A stretch of 64,000 bases of DNA, taken from IMG/VR virus record IMGVR_UViG_3300037205_000062, positions 1 through 64,000 of that record. One strand, 5' to 3'. Each line of letters opens with the position of its first letter. Positions within the stretch are counted from its first letter, which is position 1. The notes beneath the pieces were generated by a model. The model saw only the letters and a list, made by a program, of their open reading frames with translations. It was not told the origin of the DNA and did not search any database. Of the stretch, positions 14,859-24,383 are shown one piece after another. Both the position numbers and the translations under genes were made by a program. This stretch comes from a virus.

Positions 14859-17062
14859 GTTTATTATCCCAAATAAAAGTCCGTCAAATTTCACAATCAG
14901 AATTAAGTGGTTTTGTAAGTGGCATGATTCCTGCCGTTTTATCAGGAACAGGATTACAAATAGGTGGCAATATTTCACCTACAATATCTAATGCTTATAG
15001 TTTAGGTTCCACTGGCTTATATTTTTCTAATCTTTACACGGATCAAATATCTATACCATCTGGCAGTGGAATTTATTTTGGTAATGTTCCATTTACAGCA
15101 TATATGTCAGGTGGAAATGGTATTGTAAGTATAAATGGTTTAACTATTTCTACTAATAGTTCGTTAGTGGGAATTGTGGGTCCGATTGGCCCATCTGGCT
15201 CAAAAGGAGCTACTGGAATTCAAGGAAATTCTGGTATTAGTATAACTGGTTATTCTAATTATAATAATTTATTAACTTTCTATTATTCTAATGGGACTTC
15301 TGGGAGCGGAATTCAATTACCTTCTGGTGCTACTGGAGCTACTGGAGCTTATACTACGGGATTTTTTCAAAGTGGAAATTATTTAAGTCCAACTTTTTCT
15401 AATGGTTCTACTGGTTCTTCTTTTTTTATTCCCAGTGGTGGAATTGGTCCCCAAGGTCCAGTTGGGAATATTTACATTAATATGCAAACCTTAACAGGTT
15501 TTGCTTCTGGTGATGTCACTCCCCAAGTTTATATACCAAATCTTTATCCGACTATTACAGAAAATCCTCCAATGAATTTAGTAAGAGGTATGGCCTATGG
15601 AATTGGTTATAGCGGCTTAGATACTTTAACTATTAGTGGAACAGGTACAAATTATTTTGTTGATGTTTATGGTTTAACAGGTTATTTACAATTAGTATTT
15701 TTTAATAGCGCCGCAACTCCTGGAAGATACCTTTCTGGAGAAAGTTTGTCGTCATATAGTACAATTTATGGTTTAATAGATAGTTCTATCTCAACTAATT
15801 TAACTACTAGTAATTACCTTAATTCCGTTTCTTTTAATACAGCATTTACTAGTAGCAATTCTTACTATTATGGTTTTCAAAGATATTCCTTATCAACTTT
15901 ATCTCCTATTGATGGAGTAACAATTCCTGGACAATGGGGATTCTATATTTTGGGGCCAGTTAGTTGTAATTTTTTCGGTCCTACTGGCGCACCTGGCTCT
16001 CAAGGTATAGCTGGAGTTCCTGGCCCTCAAGGTGAAATTGGCCCACAAGGAATAAATGGAAGCCAAGGAGTAGGTATAACTGGTGTATTAACTAACGGAA
16101 CTACTATTCAATTTCAATTTTCAGACGGAAGCGAAAGTCAAACTATAGTATTACCATCTGGTGGCCCAAGTGGCGCAATGGGATTAACTGGTCCTCAAGG
16201 ACCAAGTGGTTTACAAGGTATACAAGGACCAAGCGGTAATCAAGGATTTGCAGATACCTATGCTGCTCAATTTTATCCAAATACGATGACTATTTCAGGT
16301 TTTACTGGTTTTTATAAACAAATAAGTGGTATTGGTTCTTGGATTCAATGTACTGGTACTGGTGTAGTTATGCAGGTTGGTGACGCTATATGGTTTTCAG
16401 ACAATTCATTAGTTGGTAAAGCTTATACTCCTTGGCAAAGTGTTATTTTTGCAGATAATAATTATTATAATTCAAGATATTTTTATGCCAATGTTATTAC
16501 TTTTAATAATAATAATGGAACTATACAATGTGTAGTAAACAGCTCCCCAGCCCCAGCAGGTTTAGTTGGTGGTTATATTCAATTATATAATTATTCAATT
16601 GTGTCTGTTAATTTGGGTGGATTAGGTTCTTCTGGTGCGGTTGGACCACAAGGAATTCAGGGGGTTCCTGGAAACACAGGACATTCCATTTTTGTTGGTA
16701 CAGGATTTAATGTAGGAGGATATTCTACCACAAATATTTCAGGTAATAATTTTGATTCTTGGAATATAGGAATAGGTTATCCAGATAATACAATAAATAT
16801 AATAAGTTCCACTATTTCCACTGGACAAACAATAATAATTAGAGTACAAAATTCAGGAACTTATAGCGACTATTCAGATGGCATTAATCCTCTTTTATAC
16901 TGGTCGGTGGATAATGTAGGTTCTGTCAAATTCCCTAACAATGTTCCAGCCCCAGGGCCAAATCCAAACACAACCAGTATATATACTTTAGTTAGATTAT
17001 TAAATTTTACTGGTACGAATCCACTAATATATTGTACCTATAGTGTTAATTATCCTTTGTAA
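14855..17062 (+). CDS. collagen-repeat virion fibre protein
   Basis: Several (Gly-X-Y)n tracts such as GPTGAPGSQGIAGVPGPQG. Confidence 0.8.
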   Translation: MSLLSQIKVRQISQSELSGFVSGMIPAVLSGTGLQIGGNISPTISNAYSLGSTGLYFSNLYTDQISIPSGSGIYFGNVPFTAYMSGGNGIVSINGLTISTNSSLVGIVGPIGPSGSKGATGIQGNSGISITGYSNYNNLLTFYYSNGTSGSGIQLPSGATGATGAYTTGFFQSGNYLSPTFSNGSTGSSFFIPSGGIGPQGPVGNIYINMQTLTGFASGDVTPQVYIPNLYPTITENPPMNLVRGMAYGIGYSGLDTLTISGTGTNYFVDVYGLTGYLQLVFFNSAATPGRYLSGESLSSYSTIYGLIDSSISTNLTTSNYLNSVSFNTAFTSSNSYYYGFQRYSLSTLSPIDGVTIPGQWGFYILGPVSCNFFGPTGAPGSQGIAGVPGPQGEIGPQGINGSQGVGITGVLTNGTTIQFQFSDGSESQTIVLPSGGPSGAMGLTGPQGPSGLQGIQGPSGNQGFADTYAAQFYPNTMTISGFTGFYKQISGIGSWIQCTGTGVVMQVGDAIWFSDNSLVGKAYTPWQSVIFADNNYYNSRYFYANVITFNNNNGTIQCVVNSSPAPAGLVGGYIQLYNYSIVSVNLGGLGSSGAVGPQGIQGVPGNTGHSIFVGTGFNVGGYSTTNISGNNFDSWNIGIGYPDNTINIISSTISTGQTIIIRVQNSGTYSDYSDGINPLLYWSVDNVGSVKFPNNVPAPGPNPNTTSIYTLVRLLNFTGTNPLIYCTYSVNYPL

Positions 17063-17615
17063 GATGATTAAAAATTTTAAAAATATGTTCTTCAAAATCT
17101 TTTACCGATAAAACATTTTTCATCAAATTACATTTTTTACAACAAGGAACACAATTTTCTTTAGTATATCCGATATTTGAATTTATTCTATCTATTCCAT
17201 TACATTTAATAGTTGTATTACTTTTAATTTTTATTGAGTTATTTAAATCATTATCTAATAATTCTCTATCATAAATGGTTCCGCAATAAAAACAAGGTAA
17301 CAAACATAATTTTTTAAAATCTAATAATTCTAAAGTATGTATTAAATTTTTTCTTTTATCTCTTGGTTTATTTTTGGTGAATCCTTGGTAAAAATATCTT
17401 TTCCAAATTATATCTTCTCTATTATTTTTTGATAATCTTAAACAACCACAAGATTTACAATCTCCAGATATTAAACTTGTTAAGTAAGTGGAGTGCTCTT
17501 TTCCGCAATCACAAATACATTTTGCTGATTTATGATAATATTTATCTTTTCTAAAAATTTCTAATATAGTTAATTTACCAAATTTTTGGCCCACAAGATT
17601 TAATGTTTTATTCAT
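17046..17615 (-). CDS. free-standing HNH homing endonuclease
   Basis: GQKFGKL...CICDCG...KSCGC N-terminus; CFYCG...GIDRINS..GY...NCVPCCKKCNLMK. Confidence 0.85.
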   Translation of the reverse strand: MNKTLNLVGQKFGKLTILEIFRKDKYYHKSAKCICDCGKEHSTYLTSLISGDCKSCGCLRLSKNNREDIIWKRYFYQGFTKNKPRDKRKNLIHTLELLDFKKLCLLPCFYCGTIYDRELLDNDLNNSIKIKSNTTIKCNGIDRINSNIGYTKENCVPCCKKCNLMKNVLSVKDFEEHIFKIFNHLTKDN

Positions 17616-17672
17616 AATATTATTATTGTGGGAAAAATAGAATATTTCTAATATTTTTTATTTTAATATATA

Positions 17673-17679
17673 GTGTAAT
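17673..17679 (+). promoter_or_regulatory. GTGTAAT putative late promoter (portal)
   Basis: Recurrent motif, 22 nt before ATG. Confidence 0.6.
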
Positions 17680-17694
17680 TACTATAATAAATAT

Positions 17695-19770
17695 ATGTCA
17701 AAGAAAAAGCAAGAAATAAAAGGTATATTAGGTATAACTCAAGAAAGTGATTTAGCTAATAAAATAGAATATAAGAAAAAAACTAATTCAGCATCTAAGA
17801 GTGATGATATTTCTTTTGCTACAGCTAGTGATAATGGATACGGTGGAACAACTTCTGTTAGGCGCGACATAGCAGGTTCAATTACTCGTACAGATCGTTA
17901 TAAAAATATTGAGGAAGGAATTGTCCCCTTCCGTTACTCAGCTACTATATATGGTTCTAATAATAGAGCAATGATTGATGTTAGGGACGCTGTTATTTTG
18001 TGTCAAAAATGTTATTATAATTTCGCTATCTTTAGAAATATTATTGATTTAATGACCGAATTTTCTATTGGCGATTTATATTTTAGAGGGGGTAGCCAAA
18101 AAAATAGAGATTTCTTTAGGGCATTATTTAATAAGATAAATATGTGGGATTTTCAAGATAAATTTTATAGAGAATATTATCGTGGGGGAAATGTATTTAC
18201 TTATAGATTTGATGCTACTTTGGAACCAGAAGACGTTAAAAGAATTACTCAAGTTTTTGGTTCTGAATCTGATGATATACAAAATCTTAATAATATTGAA
18301 AAAATGCAAATACCTTCTAGGTATGTAATATTAAATCCTGCTGATATTCATATGGTAGGAACTGCTAATTTTGGATTCGGTATTTATTATAAATTATTAA
18401 CAGCATTTGAATTAGCTCGTCTAAAAAATCCCCAAACCGAAGAAGATAAATTGGTTTTCCAAACTTTTAGTCCAGAAATTCAAAGACAAATTATGTCTGG
18501 AATTCAATCAGTTTTAGTTCCTTTGGATATTAAAAAAGTTTTGATGGTATTTTATAAAAAACAAGACTATGAACCTTTTTCTATTCCAATGGGTTTTCCC
18601 GTTTTAGAAGATATTAATTTTAAGGCTGAACTTAAAAAAATAGATATGGCTATTTGCCGTACTATGCAGCAAATTATTTTATTAGTCACTACTGGTACGG
18701 AACCAGAAAAAGGAGGCATTAATCCTAAAAATATTAAAGGTATTCGTGATTTGTTTCAAAATCTTTCTGTAGGTAGAGTATTAGTTGCCGATTATACAAC
18801 GAAAGCTGAATTTATTATTCCTGATATTGGTGAACTTCTTAATCCACAAAAATATGAAATTGTTGAAAGAGACATTAATACTGGTTTGAATAATGTATTT
18901 GCGGGTGATGAAAAATTTGCTAATCAACAACAAAAGGTCGAAATTTTTATGTCTCGCCTTGATCAAGCAAAACAAGCATTTTTGAATAACTTTTTAATTC
19001 CAGAAATTAAAAGAATATCTCAATCACTTGGTTTCAAGAATTATCCAACACCATATTTTAAAACTGGAAGATTACAACAGGATATAAATATGGCAAGATT
19101 ATATGAAAGGCTAATTGAAATGGGTATTCTTACAGCAGAAGAAGGATTAGAAGCGATGCAAACTAACACATTACCTGATCCTGAATTAATGCAACAACAT
19201 CAGCAAGATTATAAGAAACAAAGAGATGACGGTTTTTATACTCCTCTTGTTGTTGGTGTTCAATCTCAAACAGCTAAAGATACTACTCAAATGGGAATAG
19301 ATAATCCAACGCCAACTACTTCTGGTTCTGGAAGTGGTAGTGCTGGTAGACCATCGGGTACTAAATCAGCGCAAACAACCAAAACAGTTTCCCCAATTGG
19401 TACTTCAAAAGCAAGCGAGCAATTTGAACAAAAATTTAGTCTTAAACAGGTTGTTTCAAATATGAAGTTGGCAGAAGATTTAGAAAAAGAGATATGTACT
19501 TCCCTAAAAGAAATTCACAATATTAAACGTTTTTCTAAAATTCAAAAAGCTATTGCTTCTGATCTTACTAATTTAGTTATTGCCAATGAAACTCCAGAAA
19601 ATTGGAAATTAAAAGCAAAAGAATATTGTCATAATCCTATTGACAAAAATTTAGAACAAGTATCTCAAGTAAATAAGATAGCTATTACACATTCTCTTGA
19701 TCCTTATTTAGCTGGAATTCTTTTTCATTCTCCAAAAGAAATAGAAAATCAAGAAGAAAAAGCTATTTAA
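17695..19770 (+). CDS. portal protein
   Basis: 691 aa, helical, between TerL and the protease; portal-like pattern (NIIDLMTEF, YYRGGNVF, LNP, YEPFSIP) and acidic/Gly GRP tail. Confidence 0.8.
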   Translation: MSKKKQEIKGILGITQESDLANKIEYKKKTNSASKSDDISFATASDNGYGGTTSVRRDIAGSITRTDRYKNIEEGIVPFRYSATIYGSNNRAMIDVRDAVILCQKCYYNFAIFRNIIDLMTEFSIGDLYFRGGSQKNRDFFRALFNKINMWDFQDKFYREYYRGGNVFTYRFDATLEPEDVKRITQVFGSESDDIQNLNNIEKMQIPSRYVILNPADIHMVGTANFGFGIYYKLLTAFELARLKNPQTEEDKLVFQTFSPEIQRQIMSGIQSVLVPLDIKKVLMVFYKKQDYEPFSIPMGFPVLEDINFKAELKKIDMAICRTMQQIILLVTTGTEPEKGGINPKNIKGIRDLFQNLSVGRVLVADYTTKAEFIIPDIGELLNPQKYEIVERDINTGLNNVFAGDEKFANQQQKVEIFMSRLDQAKQAFLNNFLIPEIKRISQSLGFKNYPTPYFKTGRLQQDINMARLYERLIEMGILTAEEGLEAMQTNTLPDPELMQQHQQDYKKQRDDGFYTPLVVGVQSQTAKDTTQMGIDNPTPTTSGSGSGSAGRPSGTKSAQTTKTVSPIGTSKASEQFEQKFSLKQVVSNMKLAEDLEKEICTSLKEIHNIKRFSKIQKAIASDLTNLVIANETPENWKLKAKEYCHNPIDKNLEQVSQVNKIAITHSLDPYLAGILFHSPKEIENQEEKAI

Positions 19771-19773
19771 ATA

Positions 19774-20460
19774 ATGCAAGGTGGACCATTTAATTTTTAT
19801 GGTGAAGTTAGTGGAATTGTATATTCAGAAGGGGCGGCAACGCCTTTTGGATTATTCTATGTTAATCAAAGTGGTATTTATGGGGTATATTTTCCTCAAA
19901 ACATTGCTTTGGGGGCACCCTTACATTTATTAAATGACGGAGATACATCGCCAACTAAATACGCTATAAAACAATCAGGAAATGTTGATAAAGAACTTAA
20001 AGATATTCCTAATTATTTAATCAAAATATCAGGAGATTCATTTCCATCAACTCCAGATTTGACTAATACATTTATAGTAATCAATGGTAATATTACTGGT
20101 AATACACCCGACAAAGTTTTATTTAATATAGGATGTCAAGGTGATTTTCAAGCATGTTTAATAGATGTTCCTAATTTATCCGTAACTGAATATGGAAATG
20201 TAGCATTATGTCCGAAGGATAATTATTCTATATTTTTAACTACTAGCGGTAATATATCTACATTTAAAACAGATATTAATAATTATAGTTTAAATTTTAA
20301 TGGTAATTTAAGAGGTGGGCAAAAGGATAACGGTAATATAAACTTTCAAATGTATAATATGTCTTTTGAACCAGGATTACAAGAAATTATACAAAATACT
20401 AGTGATTTATTTGATTTTTCGTTTGTTATTAATACAATTAGTTTTAATAGAGCGGAGTAG
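19774..20460 (+). CDS. hypothetical virion protein
   Basis: 228-aa beta-rich ORF in the head module. Confidence 0.7.
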   Translation: MQGGPFNFYGEVSGIVYSEGAATPFGLFYVNQSGIYGVYFPQNIALGAPLHLLNDGDTSPTKYAIKQSGNVDKELKDIPNYLIKISGDSFPSTPDLTNTFIVINGNITGNTPDKVLFNIGCQGDFQACLIDVPNLSVTEYGNVALCPKDNYSIFLTTSGNISTFKTDINNYSLNFNGNLRGGQKDNGNINFQMYNMSFEPGLQEIIQNTSDLFDFSFVINTISFNRAE

Positions 20461-20467
20461 GTGTAAT
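20461..20467 (+). promoter_or_regulatory. GTGTAAT putative late promoter
   Basis: Recurrent motif, 15 nt before ATG. Confidence 0.6.
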
Positions 20468-20475
20468 AAAATAAT

Positions 20476-22812
20476 ATGAAGGTAAATGTAAATAATAGTT
20501 TAGAGGGACAATTTAGAGTACAAATTTATAGTGGCAAAACTCTAGTAGAAGATACAGATTTTTTTAATAATTTCATAACCCCAACAGGTTTGTATTATCC
20601 AACTATTTATCCATTTGTAGATTGTTTTAGATTTTTATCATTGGGTACTGATACTTCAACACCAAATAGTGGAGCGGTATTAACTGGAGTGGGCGGTGTT
20701 ATAACTGGAAGTGGTATTGGAACTACTGGATTAGCTTCACCCATTGTTTCGTATGGTACTAACTATGGTCCGCAGTATGGGAATTATCTTGGATGGCAGG
20801 CATATGAAAATGGTTCTGATAATTCTCAATCCGCTTGTGGAACTTTATTAACCGAACAAGGACCAAGGTTTTATAGAGCATGGACAATCCCTACTGGCGG
20901 TGTACAATGTACTATTCAAAATGGAACTAATGGATTAGTCATTAATGAATTTATGGTATCTCCTTCTAGCGGAAGTGATCCTACTGGATGTTTTGCTTTT
21001 AGCCGTGTTAGAAGAACGGTAACGATTCCTAATGGTTATTCAGCAATTATTAGTTATCAACTTTCTATTAATAATCAAAATACTGGATTAACTTTTTTTA
21101 ATTCTGGAACTTTTACTACTGGAAATGCTGATGTAACAAGTAGTCCAGATGATTTGGGATTAGTTAGTGGATGGGGTATTTTATCAGGATATTATCGCCA
21201 AGTTTATCATGGCTTAAATGTTATTGACTCATTGGGAGCACATTTTACTCCTAGTTATGGATGTGGCATGGAACCATATTTAACAGATTTAAGTGATTAT
21301 TGTTTTTATCTTTCTCCAGATAATTCAGCTTTCGATGTTTCACAAACAGGAAATGTACAAGGAAGTTGGAGTGGCGCTTATCAAGCTGATGGTTTAATGA
21401 GTACAATTTTTGGTATTCCAATGACTTATCAAAATACTAGTTCGCCTTCTGATATGTTATTTTATGGACCAATTCCACCAGCTCAAAGCATATTAAATAT
21501 TGGGCAATCGAGTAATACTCCACAAAACATTAGAATTGGTAACGCTAATACTTTTCAAATACCAAGTGTAACTAACTATTCAACTGGAGAAAATTTTTCC
21601 CCATTTAATTATCAATCTGCTTATGATGCTACTCAAGAAGATATTTCTTTCGCTACTCCTGGAATTTTAGGATTTAATTCAAATAAAGTAAATTATTTAC
21701 AAGAAGCTGTATTCTCTACGAGAATATTTAGACAACCAATGGATTTAACTGGAGGCGTCCCTTTAAATCTTATTACTGGTAGAACCAAAACTATTACTCG
21801 TAAAACATTATTTTCTCCAGTGTCAAGTTTGGGTTATAATACAAGATTTGGTTCATTAGTTTTTGCTTCTAATTTAGCTCCTGGAAGTAATGATTCAAGT
21901 CAATATTGGCCAATGGTAGATACTTTATTTTATGATACTAGTGGTAGATCAACCATGCAACATTATAGACAAATAAAAGTAATTATGGATAATAGAGGAA
22001 CTGGTATTGCTGACTCTTATATTTGTATTACTCCAAGCGGACAAAATATTAGCAGATTTGCAAGTCGTAAAACTTATCAAGGCCCATATTCTACGGTAGA
22101 TGGTAATCCATTAGGATTTGATATTGATTCTACTTTAATGTCTGGAGCATCAAATGGATATACTGCTGCTTTGACTGCATCTACTTTTAATTATGTTGAT
22201 TTTCCTCTTAGTGGATATTCAGACCCCAACAATATAAGTGGTTCTGGGGTAGGAGATTTATTTTTTAATTTTAGTCCATTAACTGGATATAATTGTTCTG
22301 GTTTTGGAATGGTATATGGAGTTATAGCTGATGATAATACTTTTTATAATACTCCTTATGATTGTGGATTAGTTGATCATAATGTTACTGGCGGCCCGCA
22401 AGGTTTAAAAGTTACTCCAGTCCCTAATGCTACTGGTACGACTATCTATTGGCCAAATAAAAATTTTCCATTATCTTTACAAATAACAGGGATAAAATAT
22501 TTTTCTAATGGAACTTGTTTTGGTGGAGTAACTGTTCCAGTAGTTAGTGGGCAAACTGGATATAACTGGAGTACGAATCCTTGTCATTTTTGTCCGCCAA
22601 CTGGTCACATAGAACATTGGGAAGTTATTAATGGTAGTGGATATAGACTTTTACCCAACTCACAATATCCAAATAATGTAGGAAATAATTATTATAGTGC
22701 TAATTTAACAAGTGGAGGAAGTTTGCCAGGATTGTCGTTTGATAATGGATTAGAATTACTTATGCAAATTTCTTGGGGAGCGGGCTGCTCGGATGCGATA
22801 AATTGCTTATAA
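20476..22812 (+). CDS. virion structural protein (paralog of 22827..24362)
   Basis: Shares NFITxTGL..P..Y.F.DCFRF.SLG and other blocks with the next gene. Confidence 0.75.
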   Translation: MKVNVNNSLEGQFRVQIYSGKTLVEDTDFFNNFITPTGLYYPTIYPFVDCFRFLSLGTDTSTPNSGAVLTGVGGVITGSGIGTTGLASPIVSYGTNYGPQYGNYLGWQAYENGSDNSQSACGTLLTEQGPRFYRAWTIPTGGVQCTIQNGTNGLVINEFMVSPSSGSDPTGCFAFSRVRRTVTIPNGYSAIISYQLSINNQNTGLTFFNSGTFTTGNADVTSSPDDLGLVSGWGILSGYYRQVYHGLNVIDSLGAHFTPSYGCGMEPYLTDLSDYCFYLSPDNSAFDVSQTGNVQGSWSGAYQADGLMSTIFGIPMTYQNTSSPSDMLFYGPIPPAQSILNIGQSSNTPQNIRIGNANTFQIPSVTNYSTGENFSPFNYQSAYDATQEDISFATPGILGFNSNKVNYLQEAVFSTRIFRQPMDLTGGVPLNLITGRTKTITRKTLFSPVSSLGYNTRFGSLVFASNLAPGSNDSSQYWPMVDTLFYDTSGRSTMQHYRQIKVIMDNRGTGIADSYICITPSGQNISRFASRKTYQGPYSTVDGNPLGFDIDSTLMSGASNGYTAALTASTFNYVDFPLSGYSDPNNISGSGVGDLFFNFSPLTGYNCSGFGMVYGVIADDNTFYNTPYDCGLVDHNVTGGPQGLKVTPVPNATGTTIYWPNKNFPLSLQITGIKYFSNGTCFGGVTVPVVSGQTGYNWSTNPCHFCPPTGHIEHWEVINGSGYRLLPNSQYPNNVGNNYYSANLTSGGSLPGLSFDNGLELLMQISWGAGCSDAINCL

Positions 22813-22826
22813 TTAATTATTTATAA

Positions 22827-24362
22827 ATGATTACTAGACATAATATAGCTTTACAAGGTTATTTTGATTATAAAATATATGATCAATTTGGAAATCTTAA
22901 AGAAGTCAAAACTGGTATTAAGAATTTTATTACTTCGACAGGTTTAACTTTTCCTTTTACATACGCTTTTGCTGATTGTTTCAGATTTATTTCATTAGGT
23001 TCAGGATTTAATCAAAATACTATATTAGGTTCTTATGGTGGAACTACTGGATTATCATCAGGTATTCAAGAATTTACTTATATTGGAAGTCGAACTTCTT
23101 TTAGTGATCCTACTACTTCTAATTATGAAAATCCTGGGTGTGGTTACACAGAAAGTTTGGGGCAACTTACTTTAAGTAGAAGTTTTAAAATTCCAAGTGG
23201 ATCGGGTACATTTGATAATAATTATATTTTTAATGAATTAATGTTAAGTCCAGGTCGTCCCACTGGTATGATGGGTACTTGTGGTTGTGGTGGCCAAGAT
23301 ACAAGTAATGGAGGAGTTGACGCTTCTATTATAGCTGATTATTACGATAGTATCTCTAGCCCATCTATTTGTAGTGCTCATCAAGCATTTACAAGAATTA
23401 TTTTATCTCCATCAATATCAGTAAATACAAGGGATTATTTAGTTGTTAATTACAATTTAAATATTATATATGATAGTGGAGTAGATTTATTCGCAACATT
23501 AATAAATAATAATTTTTCATCTTATTGGACTGGTTATATATCTGGGCGTTCAAATATTATTCATCACGGATTAAAATTAATCAATGATGGAGGTATTATA
23601 GATCAATCTTCATATAGAAATCAAGCATCACCATTTGGAGAAAACTACGATTGGATTGATGAATATGGTGAATCATATATTCCATTATGGGGTGCGCCAC
23701 TTGAGCCTTCTTGTCCCGCTATGAATTTAGTTTCTTATTTATCTACTGATAATGTTCAATTTTTAGTAAATCAAGTGAGTGGCGGTGCAATAGATATTGG
23801 AAATTGGCAGCCTTATAATCCAACTGGTTATCCTGCATCAAGCGGATTAAAAGCATTTGTTCCAAAACCATCAGATACTACTGATGCTAGTAATTTTAAT
23901 ATTAGAACAACATTAACTGGTCCATTATGGCCAGCGCAAACAGGTGTTTTCGCACAAGCTATATCTTATCCAGATGGAACTAATTATATTTTACATAGTT
24001 CTTTTGGCAAACAAAAAATTAGTTTTATACCTAGTGGGCGTAGTAGAAGTTCTCTTTATTCATGCGTATTTACAAATCTTAACGCATTTAATTGGTTGAA
24101 TGGTACTTCGCCAACTCCATTAGTAAGATCAATGATTTATAATTATGCAGATGCTAATGCTATTAGTAATAATACTTATTATCCATTTTTAGATTTATTA
24201 TTTTCTGGTACTCAAGGAGAAGGATTAGTTCCAACTGGTTCTGATACTTCGTATTCTAATCCTACTAATAATTATTATCCATTAGGAAATGGCGGAGATT
24301 TATCCATTGCGATGTCTTTAACTTGGTCATCTATTTGTAATTCTGGAGTGATAGGATGTTAA
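22827..24362 (+). CDS. virion structural protein (paralog of 20476..22812)
   Basis: Same conserved blocks, Cys-rich. Confidence 0.75.
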   Translation: MITRHNIALQGYFDYKIYDQFGNLKEVKTGIKNFITSTGLTFPFTYAFADCFRFISLGSGFNQNTILGSYGGTTGLSSGIQEFTYIGSRTSFSDPTTSNYENPGCGYTESLGQLTLSRSFKIPSGSGTFDNNYIFNELMLSPGRPTGMMGTCGCGGQDTSNGGVDASIIADYYDSISSPSICSAHQAFTRIILSPSISVNTRDYLVVNYNLNIIYDSGVDLFATLINNNFSSYWTGYISGRSNIIHHGLKLINDGGIIDQSSYRNQASPFGENYDWIDEYGESYIPLWGAPLEPSCPAMNLVSYLSTDNVQFLVNQVSGGAIDIGNWQPYNPTGYPASSGLKAFVPKPSDTTDASNFNIRTTLTGPLWPAQTGVFAQAISYPDGTNYILHSSFGKQKISFIPSGRSRSSLYSCVFTNLNAFNWLNGTSPTPLVRSMIYNYADANAISNNTYYPFLDLLFSGTQGEGLVPTGSDTSYSNPTNNYYPLGNGGDLSIAMSLTWSSICNSGVIGC

Positions 24363-24367
24363 TTTGT

Positions 24368-24374
24368 GTGTAAT
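24368..24374 (+). promoter_or_regulatory. GTGTAAT putative late promoter (head operon)
   Basis: Recurrent motif, 16 nt before ATG. Confidence 0.6.
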
Positions 24375-24383
24375 TAAAACGTA

